A DNA stretch of 29,864 nucleotides from Candidatus Eiseniibacteriota bacterium (GTDB taxonomy: Bacteria; ARS69). The DNA lies in the NCBI GenBank assembly GCA_052390515.1, contig JBQTGV010000017.1:1-29864 (forward strand), written 5' to 3'. The notes under the pieces were generated by a model that ran no database searches, was not told the origin of the DNA, and saw only the letters and a program-made list of their open reading frames with translations. This document shows, piece by piece, positions 1 to 6,330 of the stretch. How positions within the stretch are numbered: position 1 is the first letter of the stretch; each line of letters begins with the position of its first letter. Both the position numbers and the translations under genes were made by a program.

Positions 1-27
1 GGTTCACCCGCACCCGTAAATCGCGAC

Positions 28-56
28 ACGCTAACGGCGTCGTTCGGAACTGTCAA
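28..56 (-). promoter_or_regulatory. sigma70-type promoter pointing out of the left edge of the window
   Basis: Minus strand TTGACA (56-51), 17-nt spacer, TAGCGT (33-28). The same hexamers occur in the rex promoter. Confidence 0.6.
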
Positions 57-130
57 CCTGCGGGCCGAGGGGGTCGGAACCGCTGGTTCCTTCATCGGCA
101 AAGGTGGCTTGTGTCTGAAGCTGGCTGATT

Positions 131-985
131 TCAGAGGAGATACGAGCGGAGGCGCTCTTCGCGGTCGCCTAGCTGGAGCTTGCGGATCGCGCGTTCCTTC
201 AGCTGACGCACCCGCTCACGGGTGAGACCCATCTCGCGGCCGATCGCCTCGAGGGTCGTGCCCTCGCCGGTCTCCATCCCGAAATAGTCCCGGAGGATCT
301 TCTGTTCCCGGCGGTCGAGGCCACCCAGTGCCCGGCGGAGGTCCCGGCCGAGATCGAACTCCACGACCTTCTGGTCGGGCGAGGAGGTGCCCTCGTCCTG
401 CAGGAGGTTGCCGAGCGTCGAATCCCCCTCCTCGCTCGCCGGGGCGTCCAGGGAGACCGGGCGTATGGTGTACGCCCGGTGCGCCTCGACGTCGTCCTCG
501 GCCATCCTCATCTTCGCTGCGATCTCCCGGATGGTGGGCTCGCGCCCCAGCGACTGCCCCAGCATCTGCGCGGTGCGGTCGATCCGTGAGGCCTTGCCCG
601 CCCGGTTGACCGGGATGCGGACCACGCGAGTCTGCTCGGACAGCGCCTGCAGGATCGCCTGGCGGATCCACCAGATGGCGTAGGAGATGAAGCGGAAGCC
701 GCGGGTCTCGTCGAAGCGCTCCGCGGCCTTGATCAGCCCCATGTTCCCCTCGTTGATGAGGTCGGCCAGGGGCAGGCCGCGTCCCGAGTACTGCCGGGCG
801 ACGCTCACCACGAAGCGCAGGTTGGCCTGCACGAGCTCGTCCAGCGCGCTGCGGTCGCCCGAGCGGATGCGCTTCGCCAGCTCGACCTCTCCGCCCGGAG
901 TCAGGAGCTCCGTCCGGCGGATCTCCTTGAGATAGATCTCCAGGGAGAGGTCGTCGCTCTCGGTGCGAGTCAGTGCACTGGCCAA
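131..985 (-). CDS. RNA polymerase sigma factor, RpoD/SigA family, lacking region 1.1 (Bacteroidetes-like subfamily), 284 aa
   Basis: Region 1.2 SLEIYLKEI; region 2 NLRFVVSVARQY...DLINEGNMGLIKAAERFD...FISYAIWWIRQAI; region 4 TLEAIGREMGLTRERVRQ. TTG start at 985 with GGAGG 8 nt upstream. The ORF-track extension to 1285 overlaps degQ. Confidence 0.93.
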   Translation of the reverse strand: MASALTRTESDDLSLEIYLKEIRRTELLTPGGEVELAKRIRSGDRSALDELVQANLRFVVSVARQYSGRGLPLADLINEGNMGLIKAAERFDETRGFRFISYAIWWIRQAILQALSEQTRVVRIPVNRAGKASRIDRTAQMLGQSLGREPTIREIAAKMRMAEDDVEAHRAYTIRPVSLDAPASEEGDSTLGNLLQDEGTSSPDQKVVEFDLGRDLRRALGGLDRREQKILRDYFGMETGEGTTLEAIGREMGLTRERVRQLKERAIRKLQLGDREERLRSYLL

Positions 986-1005
986 CTGCGTTTCCTCCGC
1001 GGGTC

Positions 1006-2496
1006 TTACGGCTTCAGGCCGACGTACAGCGTCTGCTCGCCGCGCTGCACCAGCACCGCGACCGCCTTCTTGTCGGCGTACTTCCGGACCGCACCCTGGT
1101 AGTCGGCGAGATCGGCGATCTCCAGGTTGCCGACTTCCCGGATGATGTCCCCGGGGCGAATGCCGGCGTCGTCCGCCGGGCTGTCCGGATCCACCTTCAC
1201 CACGACGACCCCTTCCGCCTCGGGATCGTCGACGAGCCGCGCGGCCTCGCGCGAGCTCACGTCGGCGGTGTGCAGACCCGCCCACACCTCCGACTCGGTC
1301 TCCTGGGAGGAGGCGACGACGGCGTCGGGCCGCTCCGCCAGCACCACGGTCACGTTGCGCTGCTTGCCTTCGCGCAGCACCACGAGCCGGATCTCCTCGC
1401 CCACGCGCGCGTCGGCCACTTCCAGACGGAACTTGTGCACGTCGGTCACCCTCCCGCCGTTCAGCTCGAGGATGATGTCGCCGCTCTGGAGGCCTGCTGC
1501 GGCGGCCGGGGTGTCGTCCAGCACCTGGTTGACCAGGATGCCGGTCCCTTCCTCGACGTCGAACGCATCGGCGAGGTCCCGCGTGAGGGGTCCCGGCAGG
1601 ATGCCGAGGTAGCCGCGGACGACCTTGCCCTTCTCGATCAACTCCTCGGCGATCCGCGAGGCCAGGTTGATCGGAATGGCGAACCCGATACCCTGGCCCG
1701 CGGCGTTGATCGCCGTGTTCATGCCCACGACTTCACCCCGGATGTTCACGAGTGGACCACCGGAATTGCCGAAGTTGATCGATGCATCGGTCTGGATGAA
1801 GTTCTGGAACGCGGGCGTGTTGCCCATGATGTTGAGCTCGTTGCGGCCGAGGGCGCTGACGATTCCCGCCGTGACCGTGCCGGCCAGCTGTCCGAAGGGA
1901 TTGCCGATGGCCATCACCCAGTCGCCGACGCGAAGATGGTCGGAATCACCGATGGCCAGAGCGGGCAGCGTGCCCGCGTAGTCCTTCGGATCCACCTTCA
2001 GCACGGCGACGTCGGTCGCCGGATCCTGCCCGACGATCGCGGCCTCGAGCTCGCTTCCGTCGGCCAGCGTCACCGTGACGTCGGCGGCGCCGTCCACGAC
2101 GTGGTTGTTCGTCAGCAGGTAGCCCTCGTGGCGATCCATGAAGAACCCGGACCCGGAGCCCCGCTGGCGGCGCGGCTCGGGTTGATCACCGCGCGGGTCA
2201 TCGGGGAAGAGATCCTCGAACATGTCGCCCCAGGGGTGGAAGCGCTCCGCGCCACCGGCGTTGCGGGACGACTTCGTCGCGATGGCCACCACACCCGGCA
2301 CCACACGTTCGGCCACCGCGACGAAGGGACTCTCGGGCGTCGCCAGAAGAGTGGCTCCCGGCGGCGCCGCCGACACGTCGTTGCGGAGCGCCATGCCGTC
2401 GCCGAGATCGAGCCGGATGGACATCATCAGCCCGGCGGTGAGGCCGACGGCGACCAATGCTCCTCCTCCGAGGAACTTCAGCATGGACGGCTTCAT
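1006..2496 (-). CDS. degQ: Do/DegQ (HtrA) family periplasmic serine endoprotease with two PDZ domains
   Basis: N-terminal signal/TM; catalytic triad motifs TNNHVV, DVAVLKV, QTDASINFGNSGGPL; two PDZ repeats (AAAAGLQSGDII, ADDAGIRPGDII); GGAGG RBS. Confidence 0.95.
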   Translation of the reverse strand: MKPSMLKFLGGGALVAVGLTAGLMMSIRLDLGDGMALRNDVSAAPPGATLLATPESPFVAVAERVVPGVVAIATKSSRNAGGAERFHPWGDMFEDLFPDDPRGDQPEPRRQRGSGSGFFMDRHEGYLLTNNHVVDGAADVTVTLADGSELEAAIVGQDPATDVAVLKVDPKDYAGTLPALAIGDSDHLRVGDWVMAIGNPFGQLAGTVTAGIVSALGRNELNIMGNTPAFQNFIQTDASINFGNSGGPLVNIRGEVVGMNTAINAAGQGIGFAIPINLASRIAEELIEKGKVVRGYLGILPGPLTRDLADAFDVEEGTGILVNQVLDDTPAAAAGLQSGDIILELNGGRVTDVHKFRLEVADARVGEEIRLVVLREGKQRNVTVVLAERPDAVVASSQETESEVWAGLHTADVSSREAARLVDDPEAEGVVVVKVDPDSPADDAGIRPGDIIREVGNLEIADLADYQGAVRKYADKKAVAVLVQRGEQTLYVGLKP

Positions 2497-2552
2497 GTTC
2501 GCGCACCCTCCTGGAGATCTGCCTGCAGCGACGTGGGGGAACCTGCCCGAAA

Positions 2553-2578
2553 GTACCCCCTCCGCGCGGAAAAGTTGC
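2553..2578 (-). promoter_or_regulatory. possible ECF-sigma promoter for degQ
   Basis: Minus strand GCAAC-N16-GGTA resembles the ECF AAC-N16-CGTA pattern. htrA genes are often ECF-controlled. Confidence 0.3.
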
Positions 2579-2626
2579 CCGGCGAGAGGGGCGTTGCTAG
2601 CCTCCGGCGCTCCCCCGGGAGGCGCC

Positions 2627-3445
2627 GTGGCCGGACCCGTCTACTTCTTCGCGGACGCCCATCTCGGGTCGTCGTCCGACCCCCGGTCGGACGAGCCGCG
2701 TCTGGCGCGCCTCTTCCCCTTCCTCCGCCACGTGGGGGAGCGGCGGGCCGAGCACCTTTACATCCTGGGGGATCTCTTCGACTTCTGGTTCGAGTACGCC
2801 CATGTGATGCCGTGGCGCCATGCCGCGGTTCTCGCGGCGATCCGGGCGGTCGTGGACCGCGGGGTCCCGGTTTCCTTCCTGGGCGGGAACCACGACTGGT
2901 GGGCGGGCCGCTCTTTCCAGGAGTTCGGCGGGATGACCGTCCACCACGAGCCCGTTTCCGTGGAGCACCAGGGCCGGCGTCTCTTCCTCGCCCACGGCGA
3001 CGGGCTCGCCTCCACCAGCGACAGCGGCTACCTGCTGCTGCGTGCGCTGCTCCGCAACCGCGCCGTCATCGCCATGCTGCGCCTCGTGCACCCGGACCTC
3101 GCGTACGCGTTCGGCCACCGCTTCTCGAGATTCAGCCGGGAGCACTGGACGAATGCCCCGTTCCGGATCCGCCCGCCACTCGCCCGGTTCGTCGACGCGA
3201 AGCTCGCCGAAGGACACGACGCCTTCCTCATGGGGCACTACCACGCGCGGCATTCCGAGCTTCGCCCCGGCGGCGGACGGTTCTTCGTGCTCGGCGACTG
3301 GATGACGATCTTCTCGGCGCTGCGCCTGGAGAACGGCGCGCTCACCTGGGAGGACTGGTCCAGCGGCGAAGGGCGGGACGTGCCGACGGCGGAGTCCGAG
3401 ACCGTCGTGGGTGGGCACGGCGACGGGCAGGAACGGAACACCTGA
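2627..3445 (+). CDS. lpxH: UDP-2,3-diacylglucosamine diphosphatase (calcineurin-like metallophosphoesterase), 272 aa
   Basis: Motifs DAHLG, ILGDLFDFW, GGNHD, HGD, MGHYH, LGDW. GTG at 2627 preceded by GGAGG. Confidence 0.85.
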   Translation: MAGPVYFFADAHLGSSSDPRSDEPRLARLFPFLRHVGERRAEHLYILGDLFDFWFEYAHVMPWRHAAVLAAIRAVVDRGVPVSFLGGNHDWWAGRSFQEFGGMTVHHEPVSVEHQGRRLFLAHGDGLASTSDSGYLLLRALLRNRAVIAMLRLVHPDLAYAFGHRFSRFSREHWTNAPFRIRPPLARFVDAKLAEGHDAFLMGHYHARHSELRPGGGRFFVLGDWMTIFSALRLENGALTWEDWSSGEGRDVPTAESETVVGGHGDGQERNT

Positions 3446-3449
3446 GCGT

Positions 3450-3599
3450 TCCGTCTCGAGAGAAGTGATCAGATGGCCGAGCGTCGTAGCCGCCGTGTCC
3501 GGAGCCATGGACGGCGGAGGCCGGCGGCCACGAAGCGAGCGAGGCACGGACGCCGAGCGAGCGTGAGCGAGGCCATCTGATCACTTCTCTCGGGACGGA
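3450..3599 (+). repeat. 150-bp palindromic MITE/REP-like element with 29-bp terminal inverted repeats
   Basis: 3450-3478 TCCGTCTCGAGAGAAGTGATCAGATGGCC vs 3571-3599 GGCCATCTGATCACTTCTCTCGGGACGGA (28/29 complementary). Internal stem 3484-3495/3522-3533 and two small hairpins. Lies between convergent lpxH and porV-like genes; core shared with 15550-15584. Confidence 0.85.
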
Positions 3600-3629
3600 C
3601 CGTCGGACGTTCTGTCGGGCAGCGTCAGG

Positions 3630-4571
3630 CTACTCCGCCGGCCCCGGCCCCGGTCTCCAGCCGATGGACAGGCGATGAGTGTCGCCGAGCTGCGAGGTCT
3701 CGGAGAAGGGAACGAACGCGTAGTCCAGGGCGTACTCGCGGTACTTCACGCCGAAGCCGACGGTGCCGAGCTCCTCGTCGTAACCGAGCTTGGCCCCGCC
3801 GCGCAGCGCGACGAGCTCGTGCACCCAGAGCTCCGCGCCCACGTGGCCCTTCACGTCGCTGTCGTTGGGGAAGCGCATGTCGGTCGCGACGATCAGCCCG
3901 TCGAGCAGCGCGAGCGTGCGGTACGCCGCGCCGAGCCGTGCCGACACCGGGAGCAGGAACGCCTCCTCTTCGTACTTGAGCTCGGGCCCGAGGTTCGTCA
4001 GCGTGGTGGCGACGGTGAGCCCGCGCACCGGAGTCCGGTACCGCGCCCCGAGGTCCACGGCGAATCCCGTCGTCGTGAAGTCCTGGATGCGCTCGTAGAG
4101 GATCTTCGCCGTGGCTCCCACCTCCACCGGACGCAGCACGCGGCGCGCATACGTCAGGCCGGCCGCGAAGTCGTACGCGTGGAAGGTCTCGGTGAACTGT
4201 CCGGTGTCGTCGCGGCCCTCCATGGAACCCATGTGCAGCAGCGCGACGCTCGCGCCGAGCGCGTGTCCGCGCAGCCCCTGGACCACGGAGACGTACTCGT
4301 AGCGGACGTCGGAGATCCACTCGTTGTGGCTGGCGTGGAACTCGAGATCCGGCGCGTTGGCGATGCCGGCCGGGTTCCAGTACGTGGCCGAGGGATCCTG
4401 CGCCACCGCCGCGTACGCCTCGCCCATCGCCGCGGCGCGTGCGCCGACCCCGATCTTGAGGAAGGCGAGCCCGGTGTCGCCGGGATCGGCCGCCCCGGCG
4501 GATCCGGCCAGGGCGAACGAGAGAACGGCGCCGGTCAGGGCGGCGGGGCAGCGCATGAGCTTGCTGTTCAC
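3630..4571 (-). CDS. PorV/PorQ family outer-membrane beta-barrel protein (T9SS shuttle-like)
   Basis: Signal peptide, then the family motif FLKIGVGARAAAMGEAYAAVAQDPSATYWNPAG; beta-strands ending DYAF...LGDTHRLSIGWR. GTG at 4571 (alternative ATG 4556) lies downstream of a consensus promoter. Confidence 0.88.
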   Translation of the reverse strand: MNSKLMRCPAALTGAVLSFALAGSAGAADPGDTGLAFLKIGVGARAAAMGEAYAAVAQDPSATYWNPAGIANAPDLEFHASHNEWISDVRYEYVSVVQGLRGHALGASVALLHMGSMEGRDDTGQFTETFHAYDFAAGLTYARRVLRPVEVGATAKILYERIQDFTTTGFAVDLGARYRTPVRGLTVATTLTNLGPELKYEEEAFLLPVSARLGAAYRTLALLDGLIVATDMRFPNDSDVKGHVGAELWVHELVALRGGAKLGYDEELGTVGFGVKYREYALDYAFVPFSETSQLGDTHRLSIGWRPGPGPAE

Positions 4572-4619
4572 GGGACGGTTCCTGGGGGTTTCCCGGGGCG
4601 AAGTGGAAAGCGAGGAACC

Positions 4620-4649
4620 AGTATAGGGAGTCCGCCGGCCGAGTGTCAA
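4620..4649 (-). promoter_or_regulatory. near-consensus sigma70 promoter of the porV-like gene
   Basis: Minus strand TTGACA (4649-4644), 18 nt, TATACT (4625-4620). Confidence 0.75.
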
Positions 4650-4666
4650 AGCGCGCCGCGCCCCCG

Positions 4667-4705
4667 AAAAAGAGAGTGGGGGAGAGAGCTTTCGCTCCCT
4701 CCCCC
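4667..4705 (-). terminator. intrinsic terminator-like hairpin
   Basis: Minus strand GGGGGAGGGAGC-GAAA-GCTCTCTCCCCC (12 bp, one G-U pair, GNRA loop) followed by ACTCTCTTTTT. Confidence 0.7.
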
Positions 4706-4860
4706 GGGTGAGGGAGTCGGTGTGCTTCCTCTTCCCGGAGCCCCTGTTCCCCAGGTCGATTCGGCGACACACGTCAGTTGGGCTGGCGCCAACTGGCTGA
4801 CCTTGCTACCCCCTCGAGAGAAGTGGTCCGGCACGCCCCAAGAATGCCATCGCCACTCTC
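4667..4860 (-). ncRNA. candidate ~190-nt structured small RNA or structured 3' UTR
   Basis: No convincing long ORF; several hairpins; 5' GAGAGTGG complementary to 3' CCACTCTC; upstream GGAAC-N17-GTT; downstream terminator. No Rfam family recognised. Confidence 0.4.
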
Positions 4861-4862
4861 CC

Positions 4863-4887
4863 AACTCCTCGACGCCCTTCCGGTTCC
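4863..4887 (-). promoter_or_regulatory. candidate ECF-sigma promoter (GGAAC-N17-GTT)
   Basis: Minus strand GGAAC (4887-4883), 17 nt, GTT (4865-4863). Matches the SigH/SigR/EcfG-type pattern. Confidence 0.4.
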
Positions 4888-4910
4888 CTGACTCCGGGTT
4901 TTCCCCGCGT

Positions 4911-5306
4911 TCACGCGAAGCTCCCCGGCACCGCCCCGCCTACGGATCTCGCCGCACCGGCGGATGGCGCCCGCGCGATCCACAGACCGGCCGGGTCGAA
5001 CCACGCGGCCGACGCGACGGCCTGGACCGACTCCAGCAGCGCGTCCGCGGGCAGCTCCACCGAGAAGGCGCGAACCTCGTTCGCCTCGACCCAGTGCGCT
5101 CCCTGCCCCTCGTCCGGGAAGATCGCCCGGAGCGAGCCGTCGGAGAATGCCCCGTACACCGCCACCCACGCCGAACGGTTCGCTACGAGCTCGACGCGAG
5201 CCTCCCGGCCATCCACCTGAATCACCCTCACCTCGACTTCGGGGTCGGCCGCACGCGCCGAGGGCGCCACGAGCAGACCGACCGCGAGCAGCATGGCCGG
5301 CTTCAT
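4911..5306 (-). CDS. small secreted protein, DUF4384-like Ig-fold domain, 131 aa
   Basis: Signal peptide MKPAMLLAVGLLVAPSARA; ANRSAWVAVYGAFSDGSLRAIFP resembles the DUF4384 pattern; ATG overlaps the upstream stop (TGATG). Confidence 0.65.
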   Translation of the reverse strand: MKPAMLLAVGLLVAPSARAADPEVEVRVIQVDGREARVELVANRSAWVAVYGAFSDGSLRAIFPDEGQGAHWVEANEVRAFSVELPADALLESVQAVASAAWFDPAGLWIARAPSAGAARSVGGAVPGSFA

Positions 5307-6145
5307 CACGACACCCCCCCGTCCGGCGCGACGGCCTGCCCGGGCGCGAGGCCGGGCGAGAGCTCCGGGTTGTTGTGGTCGATCTGGTACGCCCACTCCA
5401 CGGTGATGGAGGACGGTGGGGCACCGGGCACGATCGTCAGCGAGGTGACCCGGAACTTCGCGAAATAGGAGTCGTGCGTCCACACGACGTACGTGTGACC
5501 CAGGATCAGCTCGACCCCGTTGGGCGAGACCGACCAGCCCTCTGCCGGAGCCCAGGACACGTCGTCGAGCGACGCGGTCCAGCCCAGGTCCTGGATGTCG
5601 TTCCAGAAGCCGTTGATGAGCGTGCCGCGCGCGTGCAGGACGCCGCCGAGATCGAGCAGCACGACGTCCGCACTGGACGAGCTGGTGACGAAACCCGAGC
5701 TGTCCCACTCGGAGAAATCGATGCCCTGCCCCTCGACGACGTTCGTTCCGGAGCCGGCCGGACGCGGCGTGTCGAAGGCCGCCTCGTACGAGAGCGCGCT
5801 CTCGTGGCCTTCGTGGTCGAACGCGTCCACCGCGTAGTAGTAGGTGACGCCGTTCGTGACGTCGAAGTCGACGTAGCTCGTCGTCTCCGGGTCGTGGATC
5901 GTGGCGATCCGCGAGTAGTCGCCTTCCAGCGTGTCGTTCTTGTACACCCCGTAGCCGGCGACGTCGTCTTCGCGGACAGGGTTCCACAGAACGTCCACGC
6001 GTCCGTCCCCGGTGATCGTCGTGACCCCGGTGGGGACGGCGGGCGGGCGGTCCTCGACGAACACGATCGTGTCGTCGTCGCAACCGGCCAGGACCACGGT
6101 CAGGAACACGGGCAGGATTCGCTTCCGAAAGGGGATGGTAGTCAT
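5306..6145 (-). CDS. lipoprotein with fibronectin type III domain, 279 aa
   Basis: Lipobox VLAGC; FN3 pattern PPAVPTGV...VLWNP...VAGYGVY...YYYAVDAFD...ES; ATG at 6145 with GAGG RBS. The ORF-track extension to 7276 is out of frame within the upstream gene. Confidence 0.85.
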   Translation of the reverse strand: MTTIPFRKRILPVFLTVVLAGCDDDTIVFVEDRPPAVPTGVTTITGDGRVDVLWNPVREDDVAGYGVYKNDTLEGDYSRIATIHDPETTSYVDFDVTNGVTYYYAVDAFDHEGHESALSYEAAFDTPRPAGSGTNVVEGQGIDFSEWDSSGFVTSSSSADVVLLDLGGVLHARGTLINGFWNDIQDLGWTASLDDVSWAPAEGWSVSPNGVELILGHTYVVWTHDSYFAKFRVTSLTIVPGAPPSSITVEWAYQIDHNNPELSPGLAPGQAVAPDGGVS

Positions 6146-6187
6146 GTCAGCCGCCTCGTCCGATTCCCGCCGGACGCTCCGGAGATC

Positions 6188-6203
6188 AGCAGGTCCCGTG
6201 CCA
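6188..6203 (-). promoter_or_regulatory. sigma54 (RpoN) -24/-12 promoter
   Basis: Minus strand TGGCACGGGACCTGCT vs consensus TGGCACG-N4-TTGCW (one mismatch), about 43 nt upstream of ATG 6145. Confidence 0.75.
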
Positions 6204-6244
6204 GGGGCGATCCCACGCCGGCGAAGGTACCTGAACCCGTTGTG

Positions 6245-6257
6245 CATCAATCGATTG
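6245..6257 (+). promoter_or_regulatory. IHF-binding-site-like motif
   Basis: CATCAATCGATTG matches WATCAA-N4-TTR except the first base, at the usual position upstream of a sigma54 promoter. Contains the palindrome CAATCGATTG. Confidence 0.5.
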
Positions 6258-6330
6258 CGCGGCTCAGGCCAGGGGCCGGGCAGGAGGGTCCCCGAGTCGA
6301 AGTGACCTCCATTCGACCCCGGCAAGGGTC

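Noticed and set aside
973-3468. 831-aa plus-strand ORF
   Set aside because: Antisense shadow of degQ and off-frame over lpxH, with no motifs. Long stop-free frames are expected at this GC content.
3450-3599. Element as an autonomous IS or a simple terminator
   Set aside because: No transposase ORF, no clear target-site duplication and no U-tract. Kept as a non-autonomous repeat.
4812-4913. Selenocysteine or readthrough of the TGA at 4911-4913
   Set aside because: The in-frame continuation is short and not protein-like, and no SECIS-like hairpin was recognised.
6256-6271. Second GG-N10-GC sigma54-like motif on the minus strand
   Set aside because: Lacks the CAC and TTGC context; the 6188-6203 site is much better.
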